Source: a virus
Direction: 5' to 3' (one strand)
Length of the DNA stretch: 64,000 nt
IMG/VR virus record: IMGVR_UViG_3300027754_005988
Location: 1 to 64,000 of that record
Part shown: in pieces, positions 48,170 to 59,413 of the stretch
How positions within the stretch are numbered: position 1 is the first letter of the stretch
Layout: each line of letters opens with the position of its first letter
Notes under the pieces: generated by a model
The model's input: only the letters and a program-made list of their open reading frames with translations
The model's database searches: none
What the model was told of the DNA's origin: nothing
Made by a program: the position numbers and the translations under genes

Positions 48170-51100
48170 ATGCCAAAAAATTTTCCTTTTTATGACACTA
48201 ATTCACCAACACCTAGTACTAAAAATACTATTACAAGTGTTGCTGCTGGTCCAACAGTAGGTCCAATAACAATTAATGGTATAAGCCCAGGTGGTATCAG
48301 AGATTATTTATTATATAGAAACATATTCCCTATAGATAGGAGTGAAATATATCAACAATTTTTTGATATTAATTCAAATGTTAATGGTAGTGCTTCAATT
48401 GGTGAGCCAGTACTTGATACAATAGTTAATGAAGGTGTTAATAGACTACCTACAAATAGTGATATTTTATTTTTTGGTAAATCATATAGAGATTTAAATA
48501 ATATAAAAAACAATCAATTTAGAAATGTTACTGATGATGATTTAAAGTCTATATCTTTTATTAGAAAAGATAATACCACTTCTATTAATAATAGTAATTT
48601 TACATTTAGTTTTGGTAATTCATATTTTCCTTTAAACTATACAATAACATATCCAAATAAACCAAATGAAACAATAGATGAATATGGTTTATTATCTAAA
48701 ACAACATCTGCTGGTTTTAAAGAAAAAGTAACAATTCAAAACTTATATAATGTTACTTCTGAACAAGTAGATATATCTAAATTCATTGATAACAAATATA
48801 CATCTGATAGTTTTTTAAAATCACATAGTAATGTTGTTAAAAATGAAGGATATCTAAATCAATTTGGTGGTTTAAATCAAGGTGGTGGTGCTGGAATACA
48901 AGCTGCTGATATTATTGGTAGTTTAGCTAATGGTCAAGGAATAGGTCTTGGAAGTCTTAATAATCCAAATCCAATACCAAATTTTGATATTAGAAGTTCA
49001 TTAGCTGGTAGAGTTCTTGGAGCAACTGGTGCTATTGCAGATACAAATCTAGGTATAATTGGTGGAAAACAATTAGCATTACTACTTGTAAATAACGCTG
49101 CGTTTAACGTACAGCAATCAATTCTAGGTAAGCTTAATATAAAAGAAAATATATTAAGTCTTGTAAAAGGAAATGGTTTAGCTGGGTTTAGACCTAATTA
49201 CTCAATTACAGTACCTGAAACTACTTTAGGTAAAACCCTTCAAAGTGTTGTTAACGTTTTAGGATTTACAATACCTAGAAGTTATTTACAACCTGAAGGT
49301 TCAATATTTTCAAGTGAAAGTGGTGACGTTGAAAATGTATCTAGAGCAAATTCAATGATTAAAAACACTGGTAAGGGTCAATTTGTATCATTAATAAAAC
49401 AAGCAACTACAAATCTAGGTGGAACTGGTGAATATGACAAACCAAATGTTACTTCATTTAGAAGTGGATATGCACCTGCTTATGCAAACGGAGATGATGC
49501 AACTGAAGTAGCTTATAATATATATGCATTTTCAAATGGGCAAGGTCATTTGATTGATTTATTAAAATCTGATGATAAAACAATACCAAATATGTCAATT
49601 GACAGGGATGGTAAACTTGCAGATTCTGGATTTGATAGTCAACCTAATGGATTTAAATGGAAAGGAAAAGCTGGCACAGTTAATGGCTATAATGGATATT
49701 TCAGACTCCTTGATGATTTTTTTGATGATGATGATAATAAAAAATCATTATTGGTAAAAACACAAAAACTATTTAATAGTGTTGGTATGAAGAATATAAT
49801 ATCAGCAAAGGGAGATGTTGTAGTAACTGATAGTCAAATACAAACAAGAAATGCTGGTGCTATTTCAAGAGGTAGTGCTGTTCTTGGTGGTTCAAATTTT
49901 AATATTGATAACGGAACTTATGTTGGAACAACAAACCCTAATCAATTTGGTAGAAGTTGGACACATTATGATAGATACGATACAGTAAAAAAATTAGTAA
50001 GAAATAAAGCTTTAGATTCCAAAATAGCATATAGAAATCATATTGAAGGTAGTATATTAGATGATAATGGTTATCCTAAAATAGCGCCATATGCAGATGA
50101 TATGCAAAAAGATGACCCTAAAAAATATATGTTTTCTATTGAGAATCTTGCATGGAATGATGAATATTTTAATTTATTACCTTGTGAAAGAGGACCTGGT
50201 GATTTGTTGACTGGTAAAAAAGGTAGGATAATGTGGTTTCCTCCATATGACATTCAATTTAGTGAATCTAATAGTGTTGAATGGGAATCAAATAAATTCA
50301 TAGGTAGAGGTGAATCAGTATACACATATAGTAATACTGAAAGAAGTGGTACGTTATCTTTTAAAGTTGTTGTCGACCATCCAAGTTATGCTAATTCATT
50401 TAGTAGTGCTTTAGGTGGAAATGGTTCATCACCAATAGATAATTATGTTGCTTCATTTTTTGCTGGTGAGTTAGACCCAACTACTGCATATAGTAATAAA
50501 TTAACAACTGTAGAGCTTACTGATGTAATTACTCAATATAAACCAACAGATAAAAGAAAATTAGCTGTAAATTCACAAACAAAACCTGCAAATACTGAGT
50601 TAAAAATTTATTTTCCTAATGATGTTTATACATATGTTCCAAAGTATGAAAATGGATTAGAAAACCCAGGAACCAAAAAAATAGAAAGTGGTAACGGATA
50701 TACTTTTGGTATTGGATATATGGCTGGTCAAGTTACTAGTAAGAAAACATATAATGATAAATATAATTTTGGGCTTAATAAAGAATTAACAATATATGGT
50801 AATTCATATAGTGGGATTACAGACCCTTCTTTTATTGAAAAATTAAAAACAGAATTAGGACCAGATGGTCAATGTCCAAATTGTACGATAACAATTAAAG
50901 GATATTCTAGTTCACAAGGAACAAATTCGGCTAATGAAGTTTTAGCTAAAAAGAGAGCAGAAACGGTTAAAGAATTACTTAATGGTGTTTTTACTACCGA
51001 TGATGATAGGAAAAAAAGACTTAAATCTGAAATAGGTGGCACTGAAAGTGTTCCTCAATGTGATGAAGATACTGATAACCAAGATGGTGATGAATGTAAA

Positions 51101-52312
51101 AAAGCTAGATTTGTATCTATTATTTTTGGTGTTGATTATAGTTTAAATAATGGTCCTCTTGATTCAGTAATCGTTAAAAAAACATTCACAACAACAACAA
51201 AAATAAATCCATTTTATGATGAGTGCACATATTTTCAAAAATTAACTGAAAATGATTATTTTGTTTTTGATTCATTTAGAGATAGGATAAAATATTTTCA
51301 TCCAGCATTCCATTCAACAACACCTGAAGGATTAAACTCTAGATTAACATTCTTATTACAATGTACAAGACAAGGTCCTACACTTGAAGACCAAGGAGCT
51401 AATAACTTAGCATTTGGTAGACCACCTGTTTGTATACTTAGGATTGGTGATTTTTATAATACTAAAATTGTTATTGATAATATAGGTATTGACTATGAAC
51501 CGTTGGTATGGGACCTTAATCCAGAAGGTATAGGTGTACAACCAATGATTGCAAATGTTAATATGTCATTTAAAATGATTGGTGGTTCAACATTAATGGG
51601 TCCAATAAATAAATTACAAAACGCATTATCGTTTAATTATTTTGCAAATACTCAAGTTTACGATGTTAGAGCTGATTATTTAACTAAGAAAGCAGTAACT
51701 AGTGATAAATTGGGTGGATATCAAATTGCTAATGATGCGACTAGTCAATACGGTGGTAATTTAAATAAAGGTGTTAAAACAACTATAGGTACACCATCTG
51801 TTTATGATTTCAACCAAATAAAGACTAGTTTAGATACAACATTTAAAATAGCTAAGTTTCCAAGTTCGACAGGAGCGGCAATAACTGGAATTACTGGTAT
51901 TAATAAAGTTGATATTAACACAATAAAGGTTAGTGATTCTGAAACTTCATACATAATAGGTGTTAAATTAGACCAAAAAAACATATTTGATACTAATGGA
52001 ACTATGTTGATGACAGAAGAACAATATAAAGAATTTATTAATAAGAATATAATAATAACAATAAAAGGTGTTGAAGATTCTACATATTACTTTGAATCAG
52101 CTATTGAATATGATAGCAAGTTTCAAAATAGTATAAACTTATTTTTTAACAACTATTATTTAGGTGAGCTTAAAACTAGTACTGGATTTCCATACATAAA
52201 ATATTGTAAAAGTGGCTCTTATTGTCTTAAACCAGGTAATTATACATTAACAGTAAGATATGCAGGTCTTGATATTTTTAGTAAACCTATAAATTTACCT
52301 GAAATCCAATAA
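48170..52312 (+). CDS. Large baseplate/tube-initiator protein with an inserted OmpA-C-like domain
   Basis: WFPPYDIQFSESNSVEW..FIGRGE..YSNTERSGTLSF and PPVCILRIGDFYNTKIVI resemble tube-initiator/baseplate domains; ITIKGYSS..ANEVLAKKRAETVK is OmpA-like. Confidence 0.6.
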   Translation: MPKNFPFYDTNSPTPSTKNTITSVAAGPTVGPITINGISPGGIRDYLLYRNIFPIDRSEIYQQFFDINSNVNGSASIGEPVLDTIVNEGVNRLPTNSDILFFGKSYRDLNNIKNNQFRNVTDDDLKSISFIRKDNTTSINNSNFTFSFGNSYFPLNYTITYPNKPNETIDEYGLLSKTTSAGFKEKVTIQNLYNVTSEQVDISKFIDNKYTSDSFLKSHSNVVKNEGYLNQFGGLNQGGGAGIQAADIIGSLANGQGIGLGSLNNPNPIPNFDIRSSLAGRVLGATGAIADTNLGIIGGKQLALLLVNNAAFNVQQSILGKLNIKENILSLVKGNGLAGFRPNYSITVPETTLGKTLQSVVNVLGFTIPRSYLQPEGSIFSSESGDVENVSRANSMIKNTGKGQFVSLIKQATTNLGGTGEYDKPNVTSFRSGYAPAYANGDDATEVAYNIYAFSNGQGHLIDLLKSDDKTIPNMSIDRDGKLADSGFDSQPNGFKWKGKAGTVNGYNGYFRLLDDFFDDDDNKKSLLVKTQKLFNSVGMKNIISAKGDVVVTDSQIQTRNAGAISRGSAVLGGSNFNIDNGTYVGTTNPNQFGRSWTHYDRYDTVKKLVRNKALDSKIAYRNHIEGSILDDNGYPKIAPYADDMQKDDPKKYMFSIENLAWNDEYFNLLPCERGPGDLLTGKKGRIMWFPPYDIQFSESNSVEWESNKFIGRGESVYTYSNTERSGTLSFKVVVDHPSYANSFSSALGGNGSSPIDNYVASFFAGELDPTTAYSNKLTTVELTDVITQYKPTDKRKLAVNSQTKPANTELKIYFPNDVYTYVPKYENGLENPGTKKIESGNGYTFGIGYMAGQVTSKKTYNDKYNFGLNKELTIYGNSYSGITDPSFIEKLKTELGPDGQCPNCTITIKGYSSSQGTNSANEVLAKKRAETVKELLNGVFTTDDDRKKRLKSEIGGTESVPQCDEDTDNQDGDECKKARFVSIIFGVDYSLNNGPLDSVIVKKTFTTTTKINPFYDECTYFQKLTENDYFVFDSFRDRIKYFHPAFHSTTPEGLNSRLTFLLQCTRQGPTLEDQGANNLAFGRPPVCILRIGDFYNTKIVIDNIGIDYEPLVWDLNPEGIGVQPMIANVNMSFKMIGGSTLMGPINKLQNALSFNYFANTQVYDVRADYLTKKAVTSDKLGGYQIANDATSQYGGNLNKGVKTTIGTPSVYDFNQIKTSLDTTFKIAKFPSSTGAAITGITGINKVDINTIKVSDSETSYIIGVKLDQKNIFDTNGTMLMTEEQYKEFINKNIIITIKGVEDSTYYFESAIEYDSKFQNSINLFFNNYYLGELKTSTGFPYIKYCKSGSYCLKPGNYTLTVRYAGLDIFSKPINLPEIQ

Positions 52313-52338
52313 CATTAACTTAAATATATTAAAAAAAC

Positions 52339-52659
52339 ATGGCTAACTATTATGACCGTTACGGTAAATTTAGATATGACGCTAATATGAAACCAGTTAT
52401 TGGTATAACAATACCAGTATCCACATCAGATAAACAAGTAGTTTATAAACAAGGGTCAAGTAGACTTGACAAAATGAGTAATATGTATTATCTTAATCCG
52501 TATAGCGGATGGTTAATTATGTTAGCTAATCCACAATTTGGTGGTTTAGAATTTAATATACCAGATTTATCATTGATAAGAATACCTTATCCTTATGATA
52601 GTGCTATACAAAGATATATAATAGAATTAGATAATCATATAAAGCTTTATGGCGAATAG
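52339..52659 (+). CDS. LysM-like/gp53-like baseplate wedge protein
   Basis: RLDKMSNMYY..GWLIMLANP..LIRIPY. Confidence 0.7.
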   Translation: MANYYDRYGKFRYDANMKPVIGITIPVSTSDKQVVYKQGSSRLDKMSNMYYLNPYSGWLIMLANPQFGGLEFNIPDLSLIRIPYPYDSAIQRYIIELDNHIKLYGE

Positions 52660-55600
52660 AATAGGATGTAGTGCTGGTAAAACAAGTTTAATAGACCCAA
52701 ATAATTTTTCTGGACAAGGTTCTTTTGATAATATATCAGTTCCTTTAGAAGATTTGAACATATCAGTACAATTAAAAACTTTTAAAAAAGGAAGAACAAT
52801 ATTAGCAGCTGAAGGGGAATCAAAAAATGTTGATAGTTCTAAAACAGTATCTGTTACTTTTATTGAAGGAAGTAATGTTGGTGGTAAAAAAGTATTAACA
52901 ACAAAATATACTGATTTAACCACTGTATTAGATAAAGGGGTTGGTGATAGTGAAAATTTAGGTATTACAAATATTGAAGTTGATTTTAACTCATCATTTG
53001 CACCGCTAATAACAATACAATTCATAGATGTTAGAGGTAGCAGTATTTTCCAAAATGAAACAGAATTAAATAATAAAGAAAATAAATATTCAGTATTTTT
53101 TCAATTACCTTATCCGTTATATGAATTAACAATAAAAGGTTATTATGGTCAACCTGTTAAGTATTGTTTACACATGACCAAATTCAATTCAAAATTTAAC
53201 TCGAAAACTGGTAATTTTGAGATTACAGCAAACTTTATTGGGTATACATATGCTATGTTATCTGATATGTTATTAGGTATACTTAAAGTTATTCCATACA
53301 CTGCTAGAGGAGCTGCAAAATACGATGAACTTATAAAACAAAATCCAAAATTATTAAACTTAAATGATTTAATGATTGAAATAAGTCAATTAGATAGTAA
53401 ATTAAAAAAAATAGGTGGTAATGACCCAAATGCAGCTAAGGTTAATACATTAAAACAAATACTTGGTGATTTGGATTCAATTAAAGGCCAAATAGAGAGA
53501 TTTGGTAGTGATATTGATGCGATTCCTGATAGAAATGGTTATGAACCATATAGATATATTGTATCAACTGATTATGAAGGTGAAAAAACTAGTAAAGATA
53601 CGTATATTGGAGGTGTTACATCTATAATAGATAGTTATAATAAAAAAGCTACTCCTCTCGGATTTGCATTAAACTTAACTGATTTTACTACCTTAGATAG
53701 AAACGCATATTTATTTAAATCGCTAAATGACACAACAACACCTAAACTTAGTGATGTTAGTGATAGAGTAGGTATTATAGGTGATACCATAACATTTTTT
53801 GTTTATAATATGAATAAGCAATATAATACTATTAATACAGTTGGTCAATCAATAACATTAGAAATAGGTAAAGCAGAAAACGAATTAGCAATATCAATTG
53901 GTAAAGTACTTAAAGAGGGGCTTGGATTTGAATCAACAGTAAGGAATATAGTTGAATGTTTTACAGTTGCTGTTGAAGTTTTATTATCAGTTATTTATGA
54001 TGTGTCAGTAGAAGCAGAAGAAAACAAAACAAGAAAAGAAGAATTAAAAACCGCTTTTAATAACCCAAAAAATTCTGATAAAAAAGCAAAAGTAAGTGAA
54101 AAATTTTACCCATGGCCAGATTATAGAGAAAAGGTTCAAAATGAAGGTTATAAAGAAAAATACTTAGGTTCTTATGGTGTATTAAAAACACCAAGTAACG
54201 TAACTGAATTGGCATTTATTGATGATTTATTAAACGCTTTTGTAAAGGCTAAAAAAGCTGAAAATGATGCGGCTTTAAATTTAAATGTTGAAAACAGTGT
54301 GTGGTTGCCAGTTAATGCATTTGATACTATTTTATTTGACAAAGTATCTCCATATTCTAGATTACCATCAAACGCAACTAATATTGATGTTATAAGATTG
54401 ATAGTTATAAGAGCTATGACTTTCTTAGGTTATACAAATGATAAAACTGTTTTGTCTAATAATGATTCTGCTGCAATAATAGCTATGGCAACAGCTGAGG
54501 CTAATGCTATAATAAATGATAAAAATTTAAAACAAGATGTAAAAAAAGCTGTTATAGAGTCATTTAAAAATCAGGCTGATAATGTATTTGCTGGAGTGGT
54601 TAGTGTTGAGGGAATTGCTAAAGATATTAGCAAAACCCCTACAACCCCTGAAACTATGAAGGTTCTTAGTGGTGAATATACATATGATTATATATTTAAT
54701 GATACAGTTGTAACAACACCTATTTTAGATAAGGCAGGTTTTATTATAGGTTATACATATACAGATAATCAAAGAAGGATAATACCAATAACAGAAAGTT
54801 TTCAGTTAGGTAATTGGAGTAGAAATATAACTGATTTAAAAAAAATTAGTGCTGGTGGTAATGTTTTTTTAACAAATTATGGAAGTGGGTATAAAGGTAA
54901 TCTATCTGGTGAAATAATCAAACCAGATGATGGTGGGTCATATGTTAAAATTTTAACTATGTCTAAATATAATGAATATAAAGATAGAAAATTATCAGAA
55001 AATAATATAGCAATTGAAAATATATTTAAAATTACTGACCTTACAAAAGGTACAGGGTATAATGTTTTTGGTGGTATATATGGTATTCAGGAATTTGTTA
55101 ATATGGATTATGAAGATACATCATTGGTTAATTTACCACTTAGGTTTGTGTTTTATTCTAATACAAATTTAAATAAAGATGAAAAAAATCAGAATTCAAA
55201 TTCATTAAGTTATAATAGAGCATATAGCAAATTAGATTTATTACCTATTGATATTGATTATCCTAATTTAACCGCAAGTCTAGCAGATTCAGATACTGAA
55301 TTAAAAAAAGTAAAAATTAATGGTGCTGATGTAAACATACATGATGGATATGGCTTCAATAGAAAATTTTTTAATTCAACATCAAATGGTGATACGAATA
55401 TAACATACCCATACATTGAAAACAGATTCAGATTAAAACAAGCTAGTGTTTTGGGTATTATAAACCCAAAAGAAACAAACATTAGTTTATTTGGTAGCAA
55501 ATTTTATTATAATAACGGAAATCCAGCAAAAGCTCTTTTATTTTTAAACACATTACCATTTAATGGTGAAACATTTGAAAAACCAGAAATAATCAATATG

Positions 55601-58135
55601 TTTAATAAAGTTGGTGGTTTTATTCATGCCCCAACACTTTGGTGCGCATATATTGGAGGATTATTATGGAGGGCTGATAATATAGACCCAACAACAAAAA
55701 AATGGAAAGATGTGATAAGATGGGATTTATCTTATACTAATGATAAAGGTGAAATAGAAACAATATATTATGAAGCAGCTACTGATGAGGCAGAAAGGGT
55801 TGAAACTTTTAAACTTATAGGTGCTAAATATGATGGTTACCCTAATGGGCCAGGTTCATTTAGTGATTGTTTATTGTATATGCCAGAACAGGCTAGAAAT
55901 GAATTTAAAATAATTTTTTTTGAGTTTTGTAATGGAAATATTTGGGCAAATATTAAAAATGGGTTAGAGATTTTTAAAGATGGTGTTGAATGTAGGAAAT
56001 TTATAGATGAATTTTATGAATCTTCTTTTAAAAAAAATGATAATAAAACTGTTTCAGCAAATATAATTAATAAAAATTTGTATAATAATTTATTAAATAC
56101 TGAAAAGTACAATTCAATATTGCCAGTGCAATATTTTTACCGCAAAAATTTCCTAAATCTTACTAGCTATAATGATGCTTTATTTTTAGAATTAAAAGGC
56201 GATTATGAATCAAATACAGCTATAAGAGCAATAATTAATGCCATGAAAGAGGAATCAATAATTGTTAATTCTGGTCCTAATATATGGAAAGAAAAACCAA
56301 CAAAATCTGGTGAAGATATTTATGTTGATACAACTACAACAAAAGAAACTTTAAATACTTATTTAAAAGCAATTAAAGATGTTTTTAAAAATAAACCTTT
56401 AGAGGAAGATATAAAAAGCAAAACTAAACAAGAAGTATTTGGAACTGATAGTGATGAGTTTATTAAATTTCAATTATATAGAAATTGTAAAAACATATAT
56501 GATAAATGGATTGGTGGTGCAAAAGATGGTAAAAATATAATGTTTCAATGTGGTTCTTTTGATGAAAAACCAGAACCAACAAGAAATGGTAAAGATATAA
56601 AATTAGCTAAAGAATATAGAAATACTATAACACCTAAACTTATTGATAGTTTTAGATTTGTAACTAGGTCATTTAAAGATATAGGTAGCGATTTCTATGT
56701 TGACCCTACACCAATAGGTACGTATTTAAAAGAAAACCCAAATTCAAGTTTTTATGATTGTGTTACAAACTTATTAGCATCAAATAATTTTGATTTTATA
56801 GCATTACCATCATTTATAAACTATAATGATAGAGAAGTTATGGAATCCTTATTCGAACCATATTCTTATAAAGATAGTATTGAAAATGGTATCTGTGGAC
56901 CTAGTTTTGTGTGTGTTTATGTTGGGCAAAAATCTAAACATTTAGATTTTAATGGTTCAGACTATGAAAACGATGGTTTCGATGTTCAATGTGGTAAAGA
57001 TGGTAACTTGTTAGGCTTACCAGGTGATTTTGCAGAAGAAAGCAAAGATTATGAAAATAATGTGGCGGTATTTAAAGTAGCGTATAGTCAACAAAATCAA
57101 AATATTTTTAAAGACATTATATTAGACCAAAGCGAATTCACGGAAACTGAAGAATCATTAAAAATAATTGATGATATATCTAAAACAGGCTCTGAAAATC
57201 AAAGACATTTTGGTGGTCAAAACTTATATAGTGTATACGGTGTTAGAAGTTACAAAGCACAAGTTGAAATGATGGGTAATGCCATGATTCAACCTATGAT
57301 GTATTTTCAGTTAGATAATATACCAATGTTTCATGGTGCTTATATGATAACACATGTAACACATAGTATAAAACCTAATAGTATGTCTACCAATTTCACT
57401 GGTGTTAGAATAAGAAACCCAGAAACACCAATATCAAAAGCTAGTGATTTATATATATCTTTATTAAGAACTATTGAAATTACCGCAACAGATACAACAC
57501 CTTTAGGTTGCCCACCTAATGGTGGTAGAGAACCAGATAAAACAAGTGGGTTTGGTTATAAAACAACGATAGAAAAACTATTAAATGGTACTGAAACAGA
57601 TGCTAATAAAATAGCTTCATTTGAAGGTTTTAAAACCGTAACATCTTTTTATGATTTTAAAACTAACAAATTAACAGAAACAGGTGTGCTAGCATTATCA
57701 CAAGGAATAGCTGAAGGGCTTGGGGTAAACACTTATAGTTGTTTTAACCCTGGTAATTTAGTTGGTGGCACTTGCGGTTCAAAAAAGAATTTCCAAAAAT
57801 TTGAAACATGGTCAGGTGGTTGGGAAAAATATGAAACATTATTGAAAGAAAAAACAGCATCATTAGGTGATTCACCATCAATTAATTACGCTAACTGTCA
57901 TACACTTGAAACCAATGCTGTATTAAAAGCTGCTGGTGTTAAATATAATGTTAGTGGACCATATAATTATGCTGGTGGTTCACCAACATTAAGACAATAT
58001 ATAAATGTTTATGCTCCATGGGGTGATGTTCCAAATAACCCAGCAAATTATATTGCAGATATAGCGGTTACTATGAAGATTAATGGATATGATATTAATG
58101 TTGATGAACCGATGAGTAACTATATTAAATTTTGA
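52649..58135 (+). CDS. Baseplate hub (gp27/VgrG-like) with a C-terminal lysozyme-like domain
   Basis: VEMMGNAMIQPMMYFQL..GAYMITHVTHSI..MSTNFTG; C-terminal E..FNPGNL..LRQYINVYAP..NNPANYIADI. Confidence 0.65.
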   Translation: MANRIGCSAGKTSLIDPNNFSGQGSFDNISVPLEDLNISVQLKTFKKGRTILAAEGESKNVDSSKTVSVTFIEGSNVGGKKVLTTKYTDLTTVLDKGVGDSENLGITNIEVDFNSSFAPLITIQFIDVRGSSIFQNETELNNKENKYSVFFQLPYPLYELTIKGYYGQPVKYCLHMTKFNSKFNSKTGNFEITANFIGYTYAMLSDMLLGILKVIPYTARGAAKYDELIKQNPKLLNLNDLMIEISQLDSKLKKIGGNDPNAAKVNTLKQILGDLDSIKGQIERFGSDIDAIPDRNGYEPYRYIVSTDYEGEKTSKDTYIGGVTSIIDSYNKKATPLGFALNLTDFTTLDRNAYLFKSLNDTTTPKLSDVSDRVGIIGDTITFFVYNMNKQYNTINTVGQSITLEIGKAENELAISIGKVLKEGLGFESTVRNIVECFTVAVEVLLSVIYDVSVEAEENKTRKEELKTAFNNPKNSDKKAKVSEKFYPWPDYREKVQNEGYKEKYLGSYGVLKTPSNVTELAFIDDLLNAFVKAKKAENDAALNLNVENSVWLPVNAFDTILFDKVSPYSRLPSNATNIDVIRLIVIRAMTFLGYTNDKTVLSNNDSAAIIAMATAEANAIINDKNLKQDVKKAVIESFKNQADNVFAGVVSVEGIAKDISKTPTTPETMKVLSGEYTYDYIFNDTVVTTPILDKAGFIIGYTYTDNQRRIIPITESFQLGNWSRNITDLKKISAGGNVFLTNYGSGYKGNLSGEIIKPDDGGSYVKILTMSKYNEYKDRKLSENNIAIENIFKITDLTKGTGYNVFGGIYGIQEFVNMDYEDTSLVNLPLRFVFYSNTNLNKDEKNQNSNSLSYNRAYSKLDLLPIDIDYPNLTASLADSDTELKKVKINGADVNIHDGYGFNRKFFNSTSNGDTNITYPYIENRFRLKQASVLGIINPKETNISLFGSKFYYNNGNPAKALLFLNTLPFNGETFEKPEIINMFNKVGGFIHAPTLWCAYIGGLLWRADNIDPTTKKWKDVIRWDLSYTNDKGEIETIYYEAATDEAERVETFKLIGAKYDGYPNGPGSFSDCLLYMPEQARNEFKIIFFEFCNGNIWANIKNGLEIFKDGVECRKFIDEFYESSFKKNDNKTVSANIINKNLYNNLLNTEKYNSILPVQYFYRKNFLNLTSYNDALFLELKGDYESNTAIRAIINAMKEESIIVNSGPNIWKEKPTKSGEDIYVDTTTTKETLNTYLKAIKDVFKNKPLEEDIKSKTKQEVFGTDSDEFIKFQLYRNCKNIYDKWIGGAKDGKNIMFQCGSFDEKPEPTRNGKDIKLAKEYRNTITPKLIDSFRFVTRSFKDIGSDFYVDPTPIGTYLKENPNSSFYDCVTNLLASNNFDFIALPSFINYNDREVMESLFEPYSYKDSIENGICGPSFVCVYVGQKSKHLDFNGSDYENDGFDVQCGKDGNLLGLPGDFAEESKDYENNVAVFKVAYSQQNQNIFKDIILDQSEFTETEESLKIIDDISKTGSENQRHFGGQNLYSVYGVRSYKAQVEMMGNAMIQPMMYFQLDNIPMFHGAYMITHVTHSIKPNSMSTNFTGVRIRNPETPISKASDLYISLLRTIEITATDTTPLGCPPNGGREPDKTSGFGYKTTIEKLLNGTETDANKIASFEGFKTVTSFYDFKTNKLTETGVLALSQGIAEGLGVNTYSCFNPGNLVGGTCGSKKNFQKFETWSGGWEKYETLLKEKTASLGDSPSINYANCHTLETNAVLKAAGVKYNVSGPYNYAGGSPTLRQYINVYAPWGDVPNNPANYIADIAVTMKINGYDINVDEPMSNYIKF

Positions 58136-58161
58136 TATTATAAATTAATTTAGTAGATTTG
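58132..58161 (+). promoter_or_regulatory. Bacteroidota-type sigma70 promoter
   Basis: TTG 58132-58134, 19-nt spacer, TAGATTTG 58154-58161; ATG at 58169. Confidence 0.65.
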
Positions 58162-58168
58162 CATAATT

Positions 58169-58795
58169 ATGGTAGCAAATATAGTTTCATTAAATAGTAT
58201 AGATGTTTCACAAGACTTTAATGTAGTGGATTCCATGGATAAAATAATTCATGGTCTCCCTACGCTAATAGTTGGATATAATTTAGTCGATAAAGCATAT
58301 CCAGATTTTGATATATTGGATATATGTGTTACTGAAAACATATATTGGACATTTAAGAAAACTGAAAAAAGAGATAAATTTACTGAAGATTTAGATTGGT
58401 TTATTACCAAAGTATATAATGATTTGGTTAAAGATATAAATTATGTATTTGTAGACCCAATACAATTTAGACCACATACAATCATAAAAATAATAAGAAA
58501 AATATATAATATTAAAAATATTATTACTTATATTAATGATGATATGGTATACATATATGGCGAAAAATTGATATTTGGGGTTGATTTAAGATTATTAAGG
58601 TTTATAGGTGTTGATACAGATAAACTAATAAACAAATTAAAACAAAAAAGTGCTGACTTTTTGATGGGTAAAGAGATACTTATAGAATATAAAAAAACTG
58701 TTGAAACGCTTGGTAACAAGGCGAGATACATACCTTATTTATTTTCTATAAGAAATGGAGAAAACAATACTACTAGCCTCGTTTATATTCCCTGA
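58169..58795 (+). CDS. Hypothetical protein
   Basis: 208-aa ORF downstream of a promoter. Confidence 0.75.
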   Translation: MVANIVSLNSIDVSQDFNVVDSMDKIIHGLPTLIVGYNLVDKAYPDFDILDICVTENIYWTFKKTEKRDKFTEDLDWFITKVYNDLVKDINYVFVDPIQFRPHTIIKIIRKIYNIKNIITYINDDMVYIYGEKLIFGVDLRLLRFIGVDTDKLINKLKQKSADFLMGKEILIEYKKTVETLGNKARYIPYLFSIRNGENNTTSLVYIP

Positions 58796-59156
58796 AAGGG
58801 TTGAATGGTTCTTAAATTATCTTGAGAACAAATTTAGTATAACAAAAGATAAGGTATTTTGTTATAAGAATTTAGACGATGAATCTAAACATATCCTCAC
58901 TTTTAAATTAATAATTCCAGAAAACAAAAATTTAAACCTTAAAGATTTATTTCCAAGTGCGATACCAATACATAAAAAAGGTGATGCGTTATACACAATA
59001 AATGCTTTAAATATGATAATAGATTTAAAACATGGTGATAGTATAGGTAATGTTGAATATCGTTCTATTAAAATAGATTGGTCAGATTATCAAAACAAAT
59101 TAATCATCACAAAAGGAAAAGAACTGGTGTTTTTAAACATTAGTAGAGTTTTTTAA
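58755..59156 (+). CDS. Hypothetical protein
   Basis: 133 aa, overlaps the upstream gene by 41 nt. Confidence 0.7.
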   Translation: MEKTILLASFIFPERVEWFLNYLENKFSITKDKVFCYKNLDDESKHILTFKLIIPENKNLNLKDLFPSAIPIHKKGDALYTINALNMIIDLKHGDSIGNVEYRSIKIDWSDYQNKLIITKGKELVFLNISRVF

Positions 59157-59205
59157 TGTTTTATGATATTTATTATAAAATAACATTCAATTTAAACTAA
59201 TTGGT

Positions 59206-59406
59206 ATGAATAATTATAACGATAAACAAAACAAACCTAAAGATAAAAATCTAAACACTGCTTTAGAGGGTTATTTAGGTTCTGAAAACCAAGACCCTAA
59301 TATGGATTGTACTAGTGGTGTTTGTGTAATAAAAGGCGATAAAAGTCTAGTAGAAAGAATAAACAAAAAAATAATTACCGAAGACGGTAGACAATTATTA
59401 TTTTAA
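59206..59406 (+). CDS. Hypothetical protein
   Basis: 66 aa with CTSGVC; TATTTATT at 59167. Confidence 0.65.
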   Translation: MNNYNDKQNKPKDKNLNTALEGYLGSENQDPNMDCTSGVCVIKGDKSLVERINKKIITEDGRQLLF

Positions 59407-59413
59407 GATATAA

